A stretch of 63,445 nucleotides of DNA, the filler included. It is 7 parts of 7 records of this genome, joined end to end, with 100 filler letters (N's around TTAATTAATTAA, not from the genome) between each part and the next. Parts side by side here need not be neighbours in the genome. Positions count along the whole stretch, not along the records: positions 1 to 16,422 come from SRR31147125_8600; positions 16,523 to 26,267 come from SRR31147125_8606; 5 more parts are not named here. One strand, 5' to 3'. Positions 9,742 to 20,100 of the stretch are shown here, one piece after another. Each line of letters opens with the position of its first letter. Position 1 is the first letter of the stretch. A model generated the notes under the pieces. It saw nothing but the letters and a program-made list of their open reading frames with translations, was not told where the DNA came from and did not search any database. The translations under genes were made by a program, and so were the position numbers.

Positions 9742-11646
9742 CTAAGCTCCTAATAAATGTTTCAGTTCGTGAAGCGGCCTGGGGTTCATCAGGCGGGGGG
9801 CGTGATGCAGCACTTCTTCGATGGTGGTTATTCCGGCAGCCGCTTTGACAATTCCTTCTTCGAGCAAGGTGACAAGGCCTGCTGTTTCAACACTGATCCG
9901 TCGAATCTCATGGCTGGTCTTCTTGTCTAGGATGGCATTTCTGACCTCTTCATCCAGCACCAACAGTTCAAAACAGGCGACTCGACCGCGATATCCGGTA
10001 TGGCGACATTGGGAGCACCCTTTCCCTTTCTTGAACGTGGCGCCTTGGAGATCTTTTGCATTATAATGGAGACGCCGGAGATCCTGAATGGACGGGTTAT
10101 AATTTTCGGCACAATTGAGACAAACCTTTCGCATGAGTCGCTGGGCCAAGACACTCACCACAGTGGAGGATATCATGAAAGCCTCAATGTTCATGTTGAG
10201 CAGACGCACCAACCCGCCGATGCTGTCTTCAGTGTGGAATGTGGTAATCACTTTGTGCCCGGTCAGGGCCGCCTGAACGGCAATTTCAGCAGAATAGTTG
10301 TCCCGGATCTCCCCAATGACAATGATGTCGGGATCTTGCCTGACCATGGCCCTGAGCGTTTCATTGAAGGTGAGGTTGATCTTGGGATCGATACTGCATT
10401 GACCAATTCCCGGAATGACATACTCCACCGGCTCTTCAGCGGTAATGATGCTGGTCTGGGGAGTATTGAGGTAATCAATGCAGCTGTAAACCGTAGTGGT
10501 TTTCCCTGATCCGGTGGGGCCGGTAACCAATATAACTCCGCTGGGAAGATCCAAGGCATCTCCATTGAACCGTTGCATCATTTTGGGATACATTCCCAGA
10601 TCTTCCAGCTTGACCATCTCCCGCTTTCGGTTTAAAAGCCGCATGACGATCTTTTCACCAAATACCGTGGCATAAAATGAGATTCTCAGATCCAGCTGGT
10701 GACCGGCATGATCAAAGACCATTCTTGCATCCTGGTGGCGTCTCTTTTCAGTGATATCCGCATCGCACATCACCTTGATCCGACTGGTCAGTGTCGCAAC
10801 AATTTTCAGATCCAGCTCTTTATAGGTATCCAAAACGCCGTCCCGCCTGAAGCGAATCCGCAAACGATCCGGAAGGGGTTCGATGTGGATATCGCTGATG
10901 TCTTCTTCAATGGCGTCAATGATCAGTTTATTGACAATCCCAACAGCAGAGTCCGCTGAAATGCCGTTACTATCCGTCTGTTTGCGGATTGTTTTTTGGA
11001 TCGCCTCTTTAATGGAGTCTTTCAGGGCAAAACAGGGGATGACCTCGTCTTCAAAAATCCGTCGGACTTTTCGAAGATCCTCCTTGTCCGTTGGGTCGAT
11101 AAATGCCACTTTAACGCCATCTTTTTCAATGGCAACCGGAATGAAACTGGCGCTTTCATACATTCGAAAGGGAATGGTGTTGAAGAGTCTTGGCTCAATC
11201 TCCATAAATTCCGGCTCAACAAAAGGAAAGCCAAGTTGCAAAGAGAGCACTTCGATCATCTTGCGCTCATTAATGAATCGGTGCGCCACCAATACTTCAC
11301 CGATTTTACGTTTGGGGCGCTCTTCAGCCTGGATTTGAAAGGCCTGTTCCAGTTCTTCATCACTGAGAAGTCCCAGTTCAACCAAGAGGGTCCCGATCTT
11401 AAGGGAGACATGGTTTTTTCTGATGGTGCCCCATAATGTTTCATCCGTGATGTAACCCAGTTCCTTGAGGATGTGCATGATCGGGCGAGGATTGGGGAGT
11501 TTTGCCTGGATTCGTCGGACGTATTCAATTTGTTTGGTGGAGACCACTTTCTCCTTCAACAGTAGAGAGACGATCTCACCATATCCCTGGGAGCTGCTCT
11601 TTCCCGGGGGCTGTTCCAATCTGTTTGGGGGCGATGTTTCCGGCAT
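9742..11646 (-). CDS. GspE/PilB-family secretion/pilus assembly ATPase with N-terminal MshEN-type repeats
   Basis: SDIHIEP, GPTGSGKT, RQDPDIIVIGEIRD, LTGH, CxxC...CxxC and GYRGR; KIGTLLVELG and KIGEVLV repeats; start placed at MPETS after an AAGGA. Confidence 0.9.
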   Translation of the reverse strand: MPETSPPNRLEQPPGKSSSQGYGEIVSLLLKEKVVSTKQIEYVRRIQAKLPNPRPIMHILKELGYITDETLWGTIRKNHVSLKIGTLLVELGLLSDEELEQAFQIQAEERPKRKIGEVLVAHRFINERKMIEVLSLQLGFPFVEPEFMEIEPRLFNTIPFRMYESASFIPVAIEKDGVKVAFIDPTDKEDLRKVRRIFEDEVIPCFALKDSIKEAIQKTIRKQTDSNGISADSAVGIVNKLIIDAIEEDISDIHIEPLPDRLRIRFRRDGVLDTYKELDLKIVATLTSRIKVMCDADITEKRRHQDARMVFDHAGHQLDLRISFYATVFGEKIVMRLLNRKREMVKLEDLGMYPKMMQRFNGDALDLPSGVILVTGPTGSGKTTTVYSCIDYLNTPQTSIITAEEPVEYVIPGIGQCSIDPKINLTFNETLRAMVRQDPDIIVIGEIRDNYSAEIAVQAALTGHKVITTFHTEDSIGGLVRLLNMNIEAFMISSTVVSVLAQRLMRKVCLNCAENYNPSIQDLRRLHYNAKDLQGATFKKGKGCSQCRHTGYRGRVACFELLVLDEEVRNAILDKKTSHEIRRISVETAGLVTLLEEGIVKAAAGITTIEEVLHHAPRLMNPRPLHELKHLLGA

Positions 11647-11857
11647 TGACGTTTCCTTTATGAAGTTACGCAATTTTTCTAATTGAGTTCAGATGATATG
11701 TCAAGCAAACACATATTAAACCATGTAAAGGTTTTTTATTTGATATATTTTGCAACACATTGTAATATAAATATTTTTGTGCTGATGTGGACGGTCGGTA
11801 GACGAAGTTGACGCACTTTGGGAGCCATGCGTGATATGGACGGAGAGGGATGGTTCG

Positions 11858-12469
11858 ATGGGTTGTTTTTATTCAATTAATGATGAACGAAAGAATGAGC
11901 TTAAGATCAAAAGATCGACATTTATATGTGCTCTGAAATATGTCGAAACGGTTGAAGCTGCCAAGGTTTTTATCTCCGAAGTCTCATCCGAACATAAAAA
12001 CGCCACCCATAACTGCTGGGCATATATTGTGGGAGAAAACGGTGAGATGTTTCACTCATCGGATAATGGAGAGCCGGCGGGGACGGCTGGAAAACCCATG
12101 CTGAATGCTCTGCAAAGTGAGAAGATGACTCAAGTGGTTGCCGTGGTTACTCGCTATTTTGGCGGTGTGAAGCTGGGGATCCGGGGGTTGATCAATGCCT
12201 ATGGCAATGCCGTAGCTGAGACCATTGCCTTGGCACCGCTGAAAAAGCTAATCAAAACACGGACCTATTGTATTGAGCTTCCTTATGGATTTAACGACAC
12301 CTTGCTGCATCAGCTCCAAAGCCGACCGGCAGAGGTGATGGATACCGATTACTCAGACAGAGTGACCCATGATGTCCAGGTGGAAGAGGGCGGTGCCGAT
12401 GCGTTTGAAGAGATGTTGTCGTCATGGCAAAGTGCCGGCAAACTAACATATATTGAAACCGATGAATAG
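11858..12469 (+). CDS. yigZ: YigZ/IMPACT family protein
   Basis: IKRSTFI, ATHNCWAY, SDNGEPAGTAGKPML and VVTRYFGGVKLG. Confidence 0.93.
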   Translation: MGCFYSINDERKNELKIKRSTFICALKYVETVEAAKVFISEVSSEHKNATHNCWAYIVGENGEMFHSSDNGEPAGTAGKPMLNALQSEKMTQVVAVVTRYFGGVKLGIRGLINAYGNAVAETIALAPLKKLIKTRTYCIELPYGFNDTLLHQLQSRPAEVMDTDYSDRVTHDVQVEEGGADAFEEMLSSWQSAGKLTYIETDE

Positions 12470-12471
12470 CG

Positions 12472-13257
12472 ATGGAGAAGAGAATGGAAAAGATAGCGAG
12501 TTATATTGAAAAGTGGCTGGATGAGTATTGCCGGGAATCGAAATTGAATGGATTTGTCGTTGGCGTCTCCGGCGGCATCGATTCCGCAGTCACCTCGACA
12601 TTGTGCGCCCGTACCGGCCGGAACGTGATTGCCATGGATATGCCCATTTATCAGGCTGCCGACCAGGTGTCTCGCTCTGCTGCCCATATTGACTGGCTGG
12701 CGCGCACTTTTGATAATGTCAAAGGATGCAAGATCGATCTTACATCCGTGTTTCAACAGATGGAAAGTGTGCTTCCAGATGAAATTCAAGACTCCTTGAC
12801 CATGGCCAATACCCGCTCTCGCCTGAGAATGGTCACCCTGTATGCTCAGGCCACCCATCATCGGATGTTGGTGGCAGGTACCGGAAACAAGGTGGAGGAT
12901 TTCGGGGTGGGGTTTTACACCAAATATGGGGACGGCGGAGTGGACCTGTCCCCCATTGCCGATCTCATGAAAAGTGACGTGTATGCATTGGGGCGGTATC
13001 TCGGGGTCCATGAAGATATCCTGAACGCAGCGCCCACCGATGGATTGTGGGAGGACGGCAGAACCGACGAGTCCCAGATCGGTGCTACCTATGCCGAGCT
13101 GGAGTGGGCCATGGCATTTGAAGCCGCTCCCAAGGATACATCCCTTTTATCCATTCGGGAGCAGCAGGTGCTGAAAATCTATAGAGAGTTCAATCAGATG
13201 AACCAGCATAAGATGGACCCCATTCCCGTTTGCATGATTCCGGATGAGTTGAGGTGA
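12472..13257 (+). CDS. nadE: NH3-dependent NAD(+) synthetase
   Basis: GVSGGIDSA, ANTRSRLRM, GTGNKVE, FYTKYGDGGVD and PTDGLW...TDE. Confidence 0.95.
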   Translation: MEKRMEKIASYIEKWLDEYCRESKLNGFVVGVSGGIDSAVTSTLCARTGRNVIAMDMPIYQAADQVSRSAAHIDWLARTFDNVKGCKIDLTSVFQQMESVLPDEIQDSLTMANTRSRLRMVTLYAQATHHRMLVAGTGNKVEDFGVGFYTKYGDGGVDLSPIADLMKSDVYALGRYLGVHEDILNAAPTDGLWEDGRTDESQIGATYAELEWAMAFEAAPKDTSLLSIREQQVLKIYREFNQMNQHKMDPIPVCMIPDELR

Positions 13258-14121
13258 TATCCATGAACAAAGGAACAGCTGAGATGCCCATCCCTTGTGA
13301 TGAGATTTTATTGCAGGCCTTTAGAGATGGAAAACGATTGATTAAGCGGGATCGAAGAAGTGGATTTGCCTGGCAACTTGATTTTTCCTCTCCCTTCATT
13401 GCAACGGCCATTCATGCCGGGCACCATGTCCCGGGTGAGATGCTCCATCTAATGGCCATGACCTCGGCATGTCGTCTGTTTGAAGAGGATTGCGCCACTG
13501 ATATCATGATTCAAAATCTCCCCAACATCGTGTGGGGACTGGATTCCAGAGCGGTTTATGATTTGAATCGGCCCACCGCATCGGCGTTGCCTCTGACGCC
13601 TGAAAAGTTTTGGGGAGCCACCATCTATAAAGAAACCCCATCAGATGCGATAAATGAAAAAAACCTAGCTGCCCATGAAGCATTTTATCGGTTTATGGGG
13701 ACTTGCATCGCTTACATGCTGGAGAAATTCGACTGCTGCACGGTGTATGATCTTCATTCCTACAACATTTCCCGCCAGGTGGAGAAAGGGATCCATCATC
13801 CACCGGTTTTCAACTTGGGGACAACACGGCTTGATAGAGAAAAGTGGCGTAAAGAGATTGATACGTGGCTGGACGCAATGAGGAAAATCGAGCTTCCGGA
13901 AATTGAAACAACGGTGGCGGAAAATCATGTATTTGAGGGGGAAAGGAGAGCTTGGACGGCGTCTGACAAGCTGGGATCCACGGATTCTCGTTTTACCGAC
14001 TGAAGTGTCGAAAATTTACATGGATGAAATGGATGGAAAAGTTTACACGGATGTGATTATCGCGTTGCAAAAAGGGTTGGGTGAGGCGGTCAGGTCTCAT
14101 CAGGCGGTTATTGCATCCTGA
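13254..14121 (+). CDS. N-formylglutamate amidohydrolase family protein (split by an extra G in the run at 13937-13941)
   Basis: ATAIHAGH, EED, SRAVYDLNR, YDLHSYN and FNLGT; removing one G joins FEGKGELGRRL...LVLPTEVSKIYMDE. Confidence 0.8.
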
Positions 14122-14158
14122 TCATTTTGATGCATGCAAATACAATCCGCGCACCATC

Positions 14159-14204
14159 AAAAAAGCGAGTGGTTGATCTCCAATCAAACCAATCTCGCTT
14201 TTTT
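14159..14204. terminator. Bidirectional intrinsic terminator between convergent operons
   Basis: AAAAAAGCGAG-TGGTTGAT...ATCAAACCA-ATCTCGCTTTTTT hairpin with A and T tails. Confidence 0.8.
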
Positions 14205-14239
14205 GTCATATCACGGCAGATGGTAATTGCCAAAATGTA

Positions 14240-14905
14240 TCATTTGGCATTGTTTTGTTTCTTTTTTAGCACGACAAGAAGGTCGTTCATGGATTTTTTT
14301 GCCAAAAAGTTTTTAAACTGACTTCGATAGTTCTTGGTTAGACTCACGCCTTCGATCACCACATCAAACACTCGCCATTGATTTCCCTTCATATTTAATC
14401 GATAAAAAATGGGGATCTCTCCATTTTGAGCATGGATAACGGTCCGAACTTCGAAGATGCTTTTGGAAAGTGCCACCTCCTTTGTGATGTCCACCTTTTC
14501 ATCTCCGTAAGCGATGATTCGATCTAAATATGTGTTTCCCAAAAGTGCGCTGTAGAGCTTGATAAATTCCTTTTGCTGCTCAGGTGTGATTCGCTTCCAG
14601 GTTTTCCCCAGAGCCTGCCGGGAGAGCAATGGGTAGTTGAACGTTTTGTCCATTATTGTCCATAAGCGCTCTTTTTTAGCGGACAGATGTTCATCTCCCT
14701 TAAGTGCCGGGTCTTTGAGAATGGTCAAAACTTCATGGATTGTTTTTTCCATGGACTCCTTGGCCGTTGCCGCATGGAGCTCGGAAGGTTTGGAAAAAAT
14801 GGAGATGAGTGCAAATGAAGCAAAAAGAAAGAGCGTGAGCATTAAAAGCTTCACTGGTTTCCGAAATGGGATAATGGCAGGTGCATGTTGGTTGTTAACT
14901 ATCAT
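14240..14905 (-). CDS. mlaC: MlaC/Ttg2D-family periplasmic phospholipid-binding protein
   Basis: Signal peptide, LSRQALGKTWK...QQKEF and WRVFDVVIEGVSLTKNYRSQF; next to mlaD. Confidence 0.9.
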   Translation of the reverse strand: MIVNNQHAPAIIPFRKPVKLLMLTLFLFASFALISIFSKPSELHAATAKESMEKTIHEVLTILKDPALKGDEHLSAKKERLWTIMDKTFNYPLLSRQALGKTWKRITPEQQKEFIKLYSALLGNTYLDRIIAYGDEKVDITKEVALSKSIFEVRTVIHAQNGEIPIFYRLNMKGNQWRVFDVVIEGVSLTKNYRSQFKNFLAKKSMNDLLVVLKKKQNNAK

Positions 14906-14926
14906 TTGATCTTCTCTCCTTGGAAA

Positions 14927-15493
14927 TTATTCGTCTAAATTTAGATCAAGGTCAAAACCGGCAGCACCGTTGTCGGATTGGGATGAATCCGAACCGGTGC
15001 CACCGCTGTTTCCGCTTTCTTTCCCGGAGTTGTCCGAATCCACCGATCCGAATGCGTATTTTCCGATCAGCTCACCCAGGTCAGCGGGTGATTCCGTGTT
15101 GATGATGACATCGCCGTTTTCCAAAACAGTTCCGGAGCCGCCCGGATCCAGGTTGACGTACTTGTCACCGATCAGCCCGGCCGTCTTGATGGAAGCGATG
15201 GCATCGGAATAGACCTCGATTCCTTTTCGGATGTTCAGGGTTGCCACGGCCATCTGAAGATTCTGATCAATGGTGAGGCGTGCCACATGGCCCACCTCAA
15301 TACCGTGCATCTCAACCGGGTTGTTGGTCCGTAAACCGGATACGGTGGAAAACCGGGCGGTCAATTCCACGGCATCTTCGCCGAACACGGACAGGTTACC
15401 CAATTTAATGGTCATATAGGTTAAAACCATCAGCCCGATCACGACAAATAGACCGGCAATGGTTTCATTGGAGAATAGGTTCTTTTTTTGCAT
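14927..15493 (-). CDS. mlaD: MlaD (MCE domain) protein with an acidic Ser/Gly-rich tail
   Basis: ETIAGLFV TM, FSTVSGL...VEMHGIEVGHV and ASIKTAGLIGDKYVNLDPGG. Confidence 0.93.
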   Translation of the reverse strand: MQKKNLFSNETIAGLFVVIGLMVLTYMTIKLGNLSVFGEDAVELTARFSTVSGLRTNNPVEMHGIEVGHVARLTIDQNLQMAVATLNIRKGIEVYSDAIASIKTAGLIGDKYVNLDPGGSGTVLENGDVIINTESPADLGELIGKYAFGSVDSDNSGKESGNSGGTGSDSSQSDNGAAGFDLDLNLDE

Positions 15494-15602
15494 TAAACCA
15501 CCTTAAAATAACTTTGAGATGAAAAAATTTTATTTTGCAAATTGCAGGATTACGGATTTCATGGGGAGTGTGCCGGTCGTCTGACATGGCTGTTTTTGAG
15601 TT

Positions 15603-16422
15603 TTAAGATAAATCACATTGACCTTCAATACATTCAAAACTACCGATTTCAAAAATATTTTGCCGTGCTTTTGCCAGCACGTCGTTGATTCCTTCCGTGT
15701 CGGTTTCCCCCTCCGCCATACCGGCGATGACCGTTATTTTGTAATACTCTCCACGGGAGCCGTCGGGGGCTCTGCTTTTTAACTTTATATATTCAAAGCC
15801 GTTTTTCCTCAGCTCGTCGGTAAAGGCATCCAGCATTTGCCGGGATTCTTCGATGTTGGAAAAGGGAAGGACCGTCATGAATCGACTTCTTCGTTGCCTG
15901 GTGGAGAATCCGCCCACGGCATCGAAATGGCGACCGATGATGATGCCCAGCTCCTTCACCAGTTCATGGGCTGTGGCATGGCCGATCTTTTCGCAAAGTT
16001 CTTTGAACCTTGAAATGGAGAAGATGGCCACCACATAGGAAGTGCCGTTGTCTCGATTCAGTATTTTGTTATACCGCATTTTGAAGCTTCGCTTGGAGTG
16101 GATACCCGGCATATGGTTCTGAAAGGTCTCGAGACTATGGACAAACTCGTCTACATAGGGATGTTTGAATTCCTCCAAGGCCTCCGGCGTTCCCTGAAAC
16201 ACGATCTCTCCCTCATGGAGAATCAGCACCCGGTTGGAGATGAAAAGTACATCGGGAATGTCATGGCTGATAATGACGGCGGTGAAGCCGAACTTTTCCT
16301 TGTATTCGGAGATCATGCTGAGGATGGCGTTTCTCCGGATCAGATCCTGACCGGTGGTGGGCTCGTCAAACAGCACAATGTCCGGATCGGTCACCAGGGC
16401 GCGGCTGAAGGCCACTCTTTTT
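15603..16422 (-). CDS. MlaF-like ABC ATPase (5'-truncated) fused to a degenerate GGDEF-like domain
   Basis: RALVTDPDIVLFDEPTTGQD and IISHD, then about 170 extra aa with GGDEF-fold hallmarks (GIHSKRSF, FKELCEKIGH, ITVIAG). Confidence 0.8.
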
Positions 16423-16522
16423 NNNNNNNNNNNNNNNNNNNNNNNNNNNNNNNNNNNNNNNNNNNNTTAATTAATTAANNNNNNNNNNNNNNNNNNNNNN
16501 NNNNNNNNNNNNNNNNNNNNNN
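16423..16522. other. Artificial contig-joining spacer
   Basis: 44 N + TTAATTAATTAA + 44 N; composition changes abruptly across it. Confidence 0.98.
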
Positions 16523-17080
16523 ACCAATTGGCGACCATGCTCCACCTGCATTTGCTGCCAAAACTACCATACTGGCAAAAAACCAGCGGGTTTGTTTATC
16601 GTCGATAAGTTTACGTAGTAGCGCTACCAAAACAATAGTAGTTGTAAGATTATCGAGCAATGCCGACATAAAGAAAGTCAGGAAACTAAGTATCCATAGT
16701 AATTTAACCTTGTTTGTGGTTTTAATTTTATCGGTAATAATTTTAAAACCTTCGTGTTGGTCAACTACCTCAACAATGGTCATCGCACCAAGAAGGAAGA
16801 ATAATATTTCACCAATTTCTCCCAGGTGATGAATTATTTCGTGGTCAACAATAAACTCGTGAATGGCATGTAATCCGTGTGCATCGGGATGGGCAGCAAC
16901 GAAAGCCTGCCACGAAGGGCTAAAATCCATGTGCAGAATTTGTTCGGCACCTAAAATGTATACTACCCAGCACAAAGAACCAATAATTAATGCCGATGCA
17001 GCTTTGTCAATTTTTAACGGATGTTCCAGAGCAATTGCAGTATAACCCAGAACAAACACGACAACCATTAGTATAAACAT
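16523..17080 (-). CDS. nhaD: NhaD-type Na+/H+ antiporter (3'-truncated)
   Basis: IALEHPLKIDKAASAL, FFLLGAMTIVEVVD.H.GF, SALLDNLTTTIV and AANAGGAWSPIG. Confidence 0.9.
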
Positions 17081-17168
17081 AGTAATAAAGTTTTTAGAAT
17101 TAGTTTCTATTAAAAGAACAACAAATTTATTTTTTGTAGCTGATTCTGAAAAGAATTATGTCATGAAT

Positions 17169-20100
17169 TTAATATTTTTTAATGTTGTATAGACACAATA
17201 AAGCCTTTTTCAGCTGTGGATTATTTCCTTTTTTCTTAAAAATATTGACAAACTTTTTGAAAAGTTCATCGATAGAATTGTATTCTTCTTTAAAAGAAAG
17301 CCCAATTCCCTGCGTGTATGGCGCCGTTTCGTAAATAAGGTTGTTGTTGGAGCGGCTGTAGGCAATAAACTCAATCTTACCACTTGGAACCAGTTTTACA
17401 TTCATTTCAAAATCGCCAACAATTTGGCTGCTGTTGGTACTGTATTGGTTGGCATTGTTGCCAATATTTCCGTTTAGCGTAACCCGGTCGTTAAAAATTT
17501 GGGTACTTAAAGCCAGCTCAATTTCATCGTCGGTAACAAGGTTTCCGGGGCGGTAATTAATGCCAACATCCCAGTCTTCGTTTATTTGCGACAACCAGTT
17601 GCTTAATTGGTTCGAAAGTAATTCGCTGGCAGTTGTACCAAGCATATTTGTACTTTGCGCTTCGTAGGTACCTTGCAAGTACTCCGGGGTATAAAATTTC
17701 CCCATTACAATAAGCGAAAGAATTTGTTTATTCAACTCATCTTCTGTATTGAAGAATTGTTGCAAACGGTCTTTTATAATTGCTTCGGCCGTCGGGAAAT
17801 TTATATCGAAACCAATGGTTGGATTCATTAATTCATCTTCCAGAACAATAATACACTCAACCGTAATACGTTGACTTAGACTCTCATTCTCGTAGTTACT
17901 CAAGAGGTCGTAAAGCGATGCTTTTAATTTGTAAATGGCACGAATATCGATATCGGCGTTATACGGATCGCCCGACCAAACAATGGAACCTCCCTTTTCA
18001 ATTGTAAACCGTTTGTTTATTACATTTTGCAGCGTGAACAAATAGTCTCCTTTGGTAACATTATAATTTCCCGATAGGAATATTTCGCCTTCCGGATTCA
18101 TTTCGAATAACATAATTCCTTCGCCCTGAGCTTTTATAATATCACCAATTTGCGAATTATAAATGAGCTGCACTTTGGCTTCGGGAGTAGCTTCAATGGT
18201 AAGGCTTAAATTTAAATCGTTTTCTTCTTTTTTCTTTGGAGCGAAAAAATCATTTTCTTCAGGTTCGTCGTTCGTTACAAATTCAAGAAAATCGTATTGT
18301 TCAACTTCATTTTCATCTTCCATCGAAATTTTAATTTCAGTGCCCGGCAGCGAAGTAACACTTCCATTTAGATTTACCGTTTTCGCCCTTCCTGTAATAT
18401 CAAGCCTTCCGCGGCCTACTGCAATACCATAAAATTGTTCGTTATCTCGCGATGTTGTGTTAAGCGCATTAATTTTATCCGAAGTTAGCCACAGGTTGTA
18501 TATCATGTCGTGGAAATTCTGGTGGACCAAGGTGCCATTAAATTTCCCTGTATTATTATCGGTGTCGTAAACCGTAATATTGTCGAAAAGAATGGTGTCG
18601 TTTTTAAAGTACACCGAATCGTTAAACGAATATGGTATTTGAGTTACATCGATGGTTAAACCTGCATTGTTCCCTTTTAAAGCTCCATTAAAAAGTAGTT
18701 TATCGGTTGTGCCGCCAATATTTACTTTCCCCGAGCCGTATCCTTTAAAATGTGAAAAGTTTTTGCGTATAAAGGTTTCCAGAACAAAAAGGGCAACGCT
18801 GTCTACTGTAATGTCAAAATCAACTTCGTGGGTCGATGGTTTATAACTGCCAAAAGCATTTAAACTCAATCGGTCTTCCCTGGTAATTTTTAGTTCCGAA
18901 TCGATAGCCGAATTGTTGCTGTTCCAATTGCTAACCATCGAAATATCGCCCATGAACTGTTTCTTGTAATGCAATTTATCAACCGATAAGTCGGACAAAA
19001 TAACCGGCTTTTCAGAAAGGTTAGCCAAGCCAATTTTACCGTTTGCAATTCCCGATATATCAAAATCTTTATTCAGATATTTGTTCAGGTAGCTAAGATT
19101 GATGTTTTTGATGTCAATATTCAACAAATCGCTGCTGTTTTTATCTATTCTTCCATTGGCAGCAAGCATTTGTTGTTTGTTGTTTATGTTGAAATTGTTA
19201 ATCGCGATGGCTGACGAATCGATGGTTGCAAAAAATGGTTCGATATTCCAAACGGTGTCTGCTATAAAAATTCGTGTTGGTGAACCTTCAATTTCAATGT
19301 GGGGATGTTCACTTGAATCGGGCTGCGAAATAGTTGTACGCGTTTTTATTGAACCGCTGTACGTTAGTTCGTCGTAGTTGCTCCACGATATGGTGTTGTC
19401 GGCAATGTTATCGGCAACTTTGGTGTCGGATGAAAAGTTATACAGTTTCATCCCGTTTTTCAACATCACTTCGTTAAACCTGAGCTTCGACGTGTAACTG
19501 TCGTTAATTGTTTTGTTCAGAATAGAAATATCGCGTGCCCAAACATTGTTGTATTTTAATCCGGGAATATTTCCGTGCAACTGTACATCATCTGAGCTCG
19601 AATCCATTTTTCCGTAGAGTGTGAATGGCGTGTCGAGTTGAAGACCCGGGACAAATATTTTTGCCGGAGTATCCAGATCTTTTACCAATGCTTTGAATTC
19701 GAAATTATTTTTGCGCAGAGCTTGTTCTTCTATTGCAAGTTGTGATGCCGGAATAAAGTGCGAGAAAACTTTTTTTAGTTCGTTCCCGATAGTTCGAAAA
19801 TAATATTGGCCATTTATTTCAACATCAACAAAATCGGATGTAAAATTTAGTATGTTTCCTGCGTCGTTTTTTCCTGTTTGTATTTCCATTCCACTCAGTT
19901 CTACTTCTCCGTTTCGGTTTTTGTAGAAACCTTCGGTAACGTCGATAGAACCATCGAGGTTATCAATATTATCGCCAGTAAAATTTGCCTGCATTTTAAA
20001 GGCCACTTCAGAGTCGGGAAACGATTTGCTAAAATTCAAATTGCCCAAAAGAGCTTTGTCAAGGTTAAGTCTAAAATCAAAATCCGGAATTTCTGAGTTT

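Noticed and set aside
16098..16478. ORF-track entries running into N spacers (also 16475, 26319, 37126 and 49918 ends)
   Set aside because: Their stops come from the artificial linker; the real genes are truncated at contig ends.
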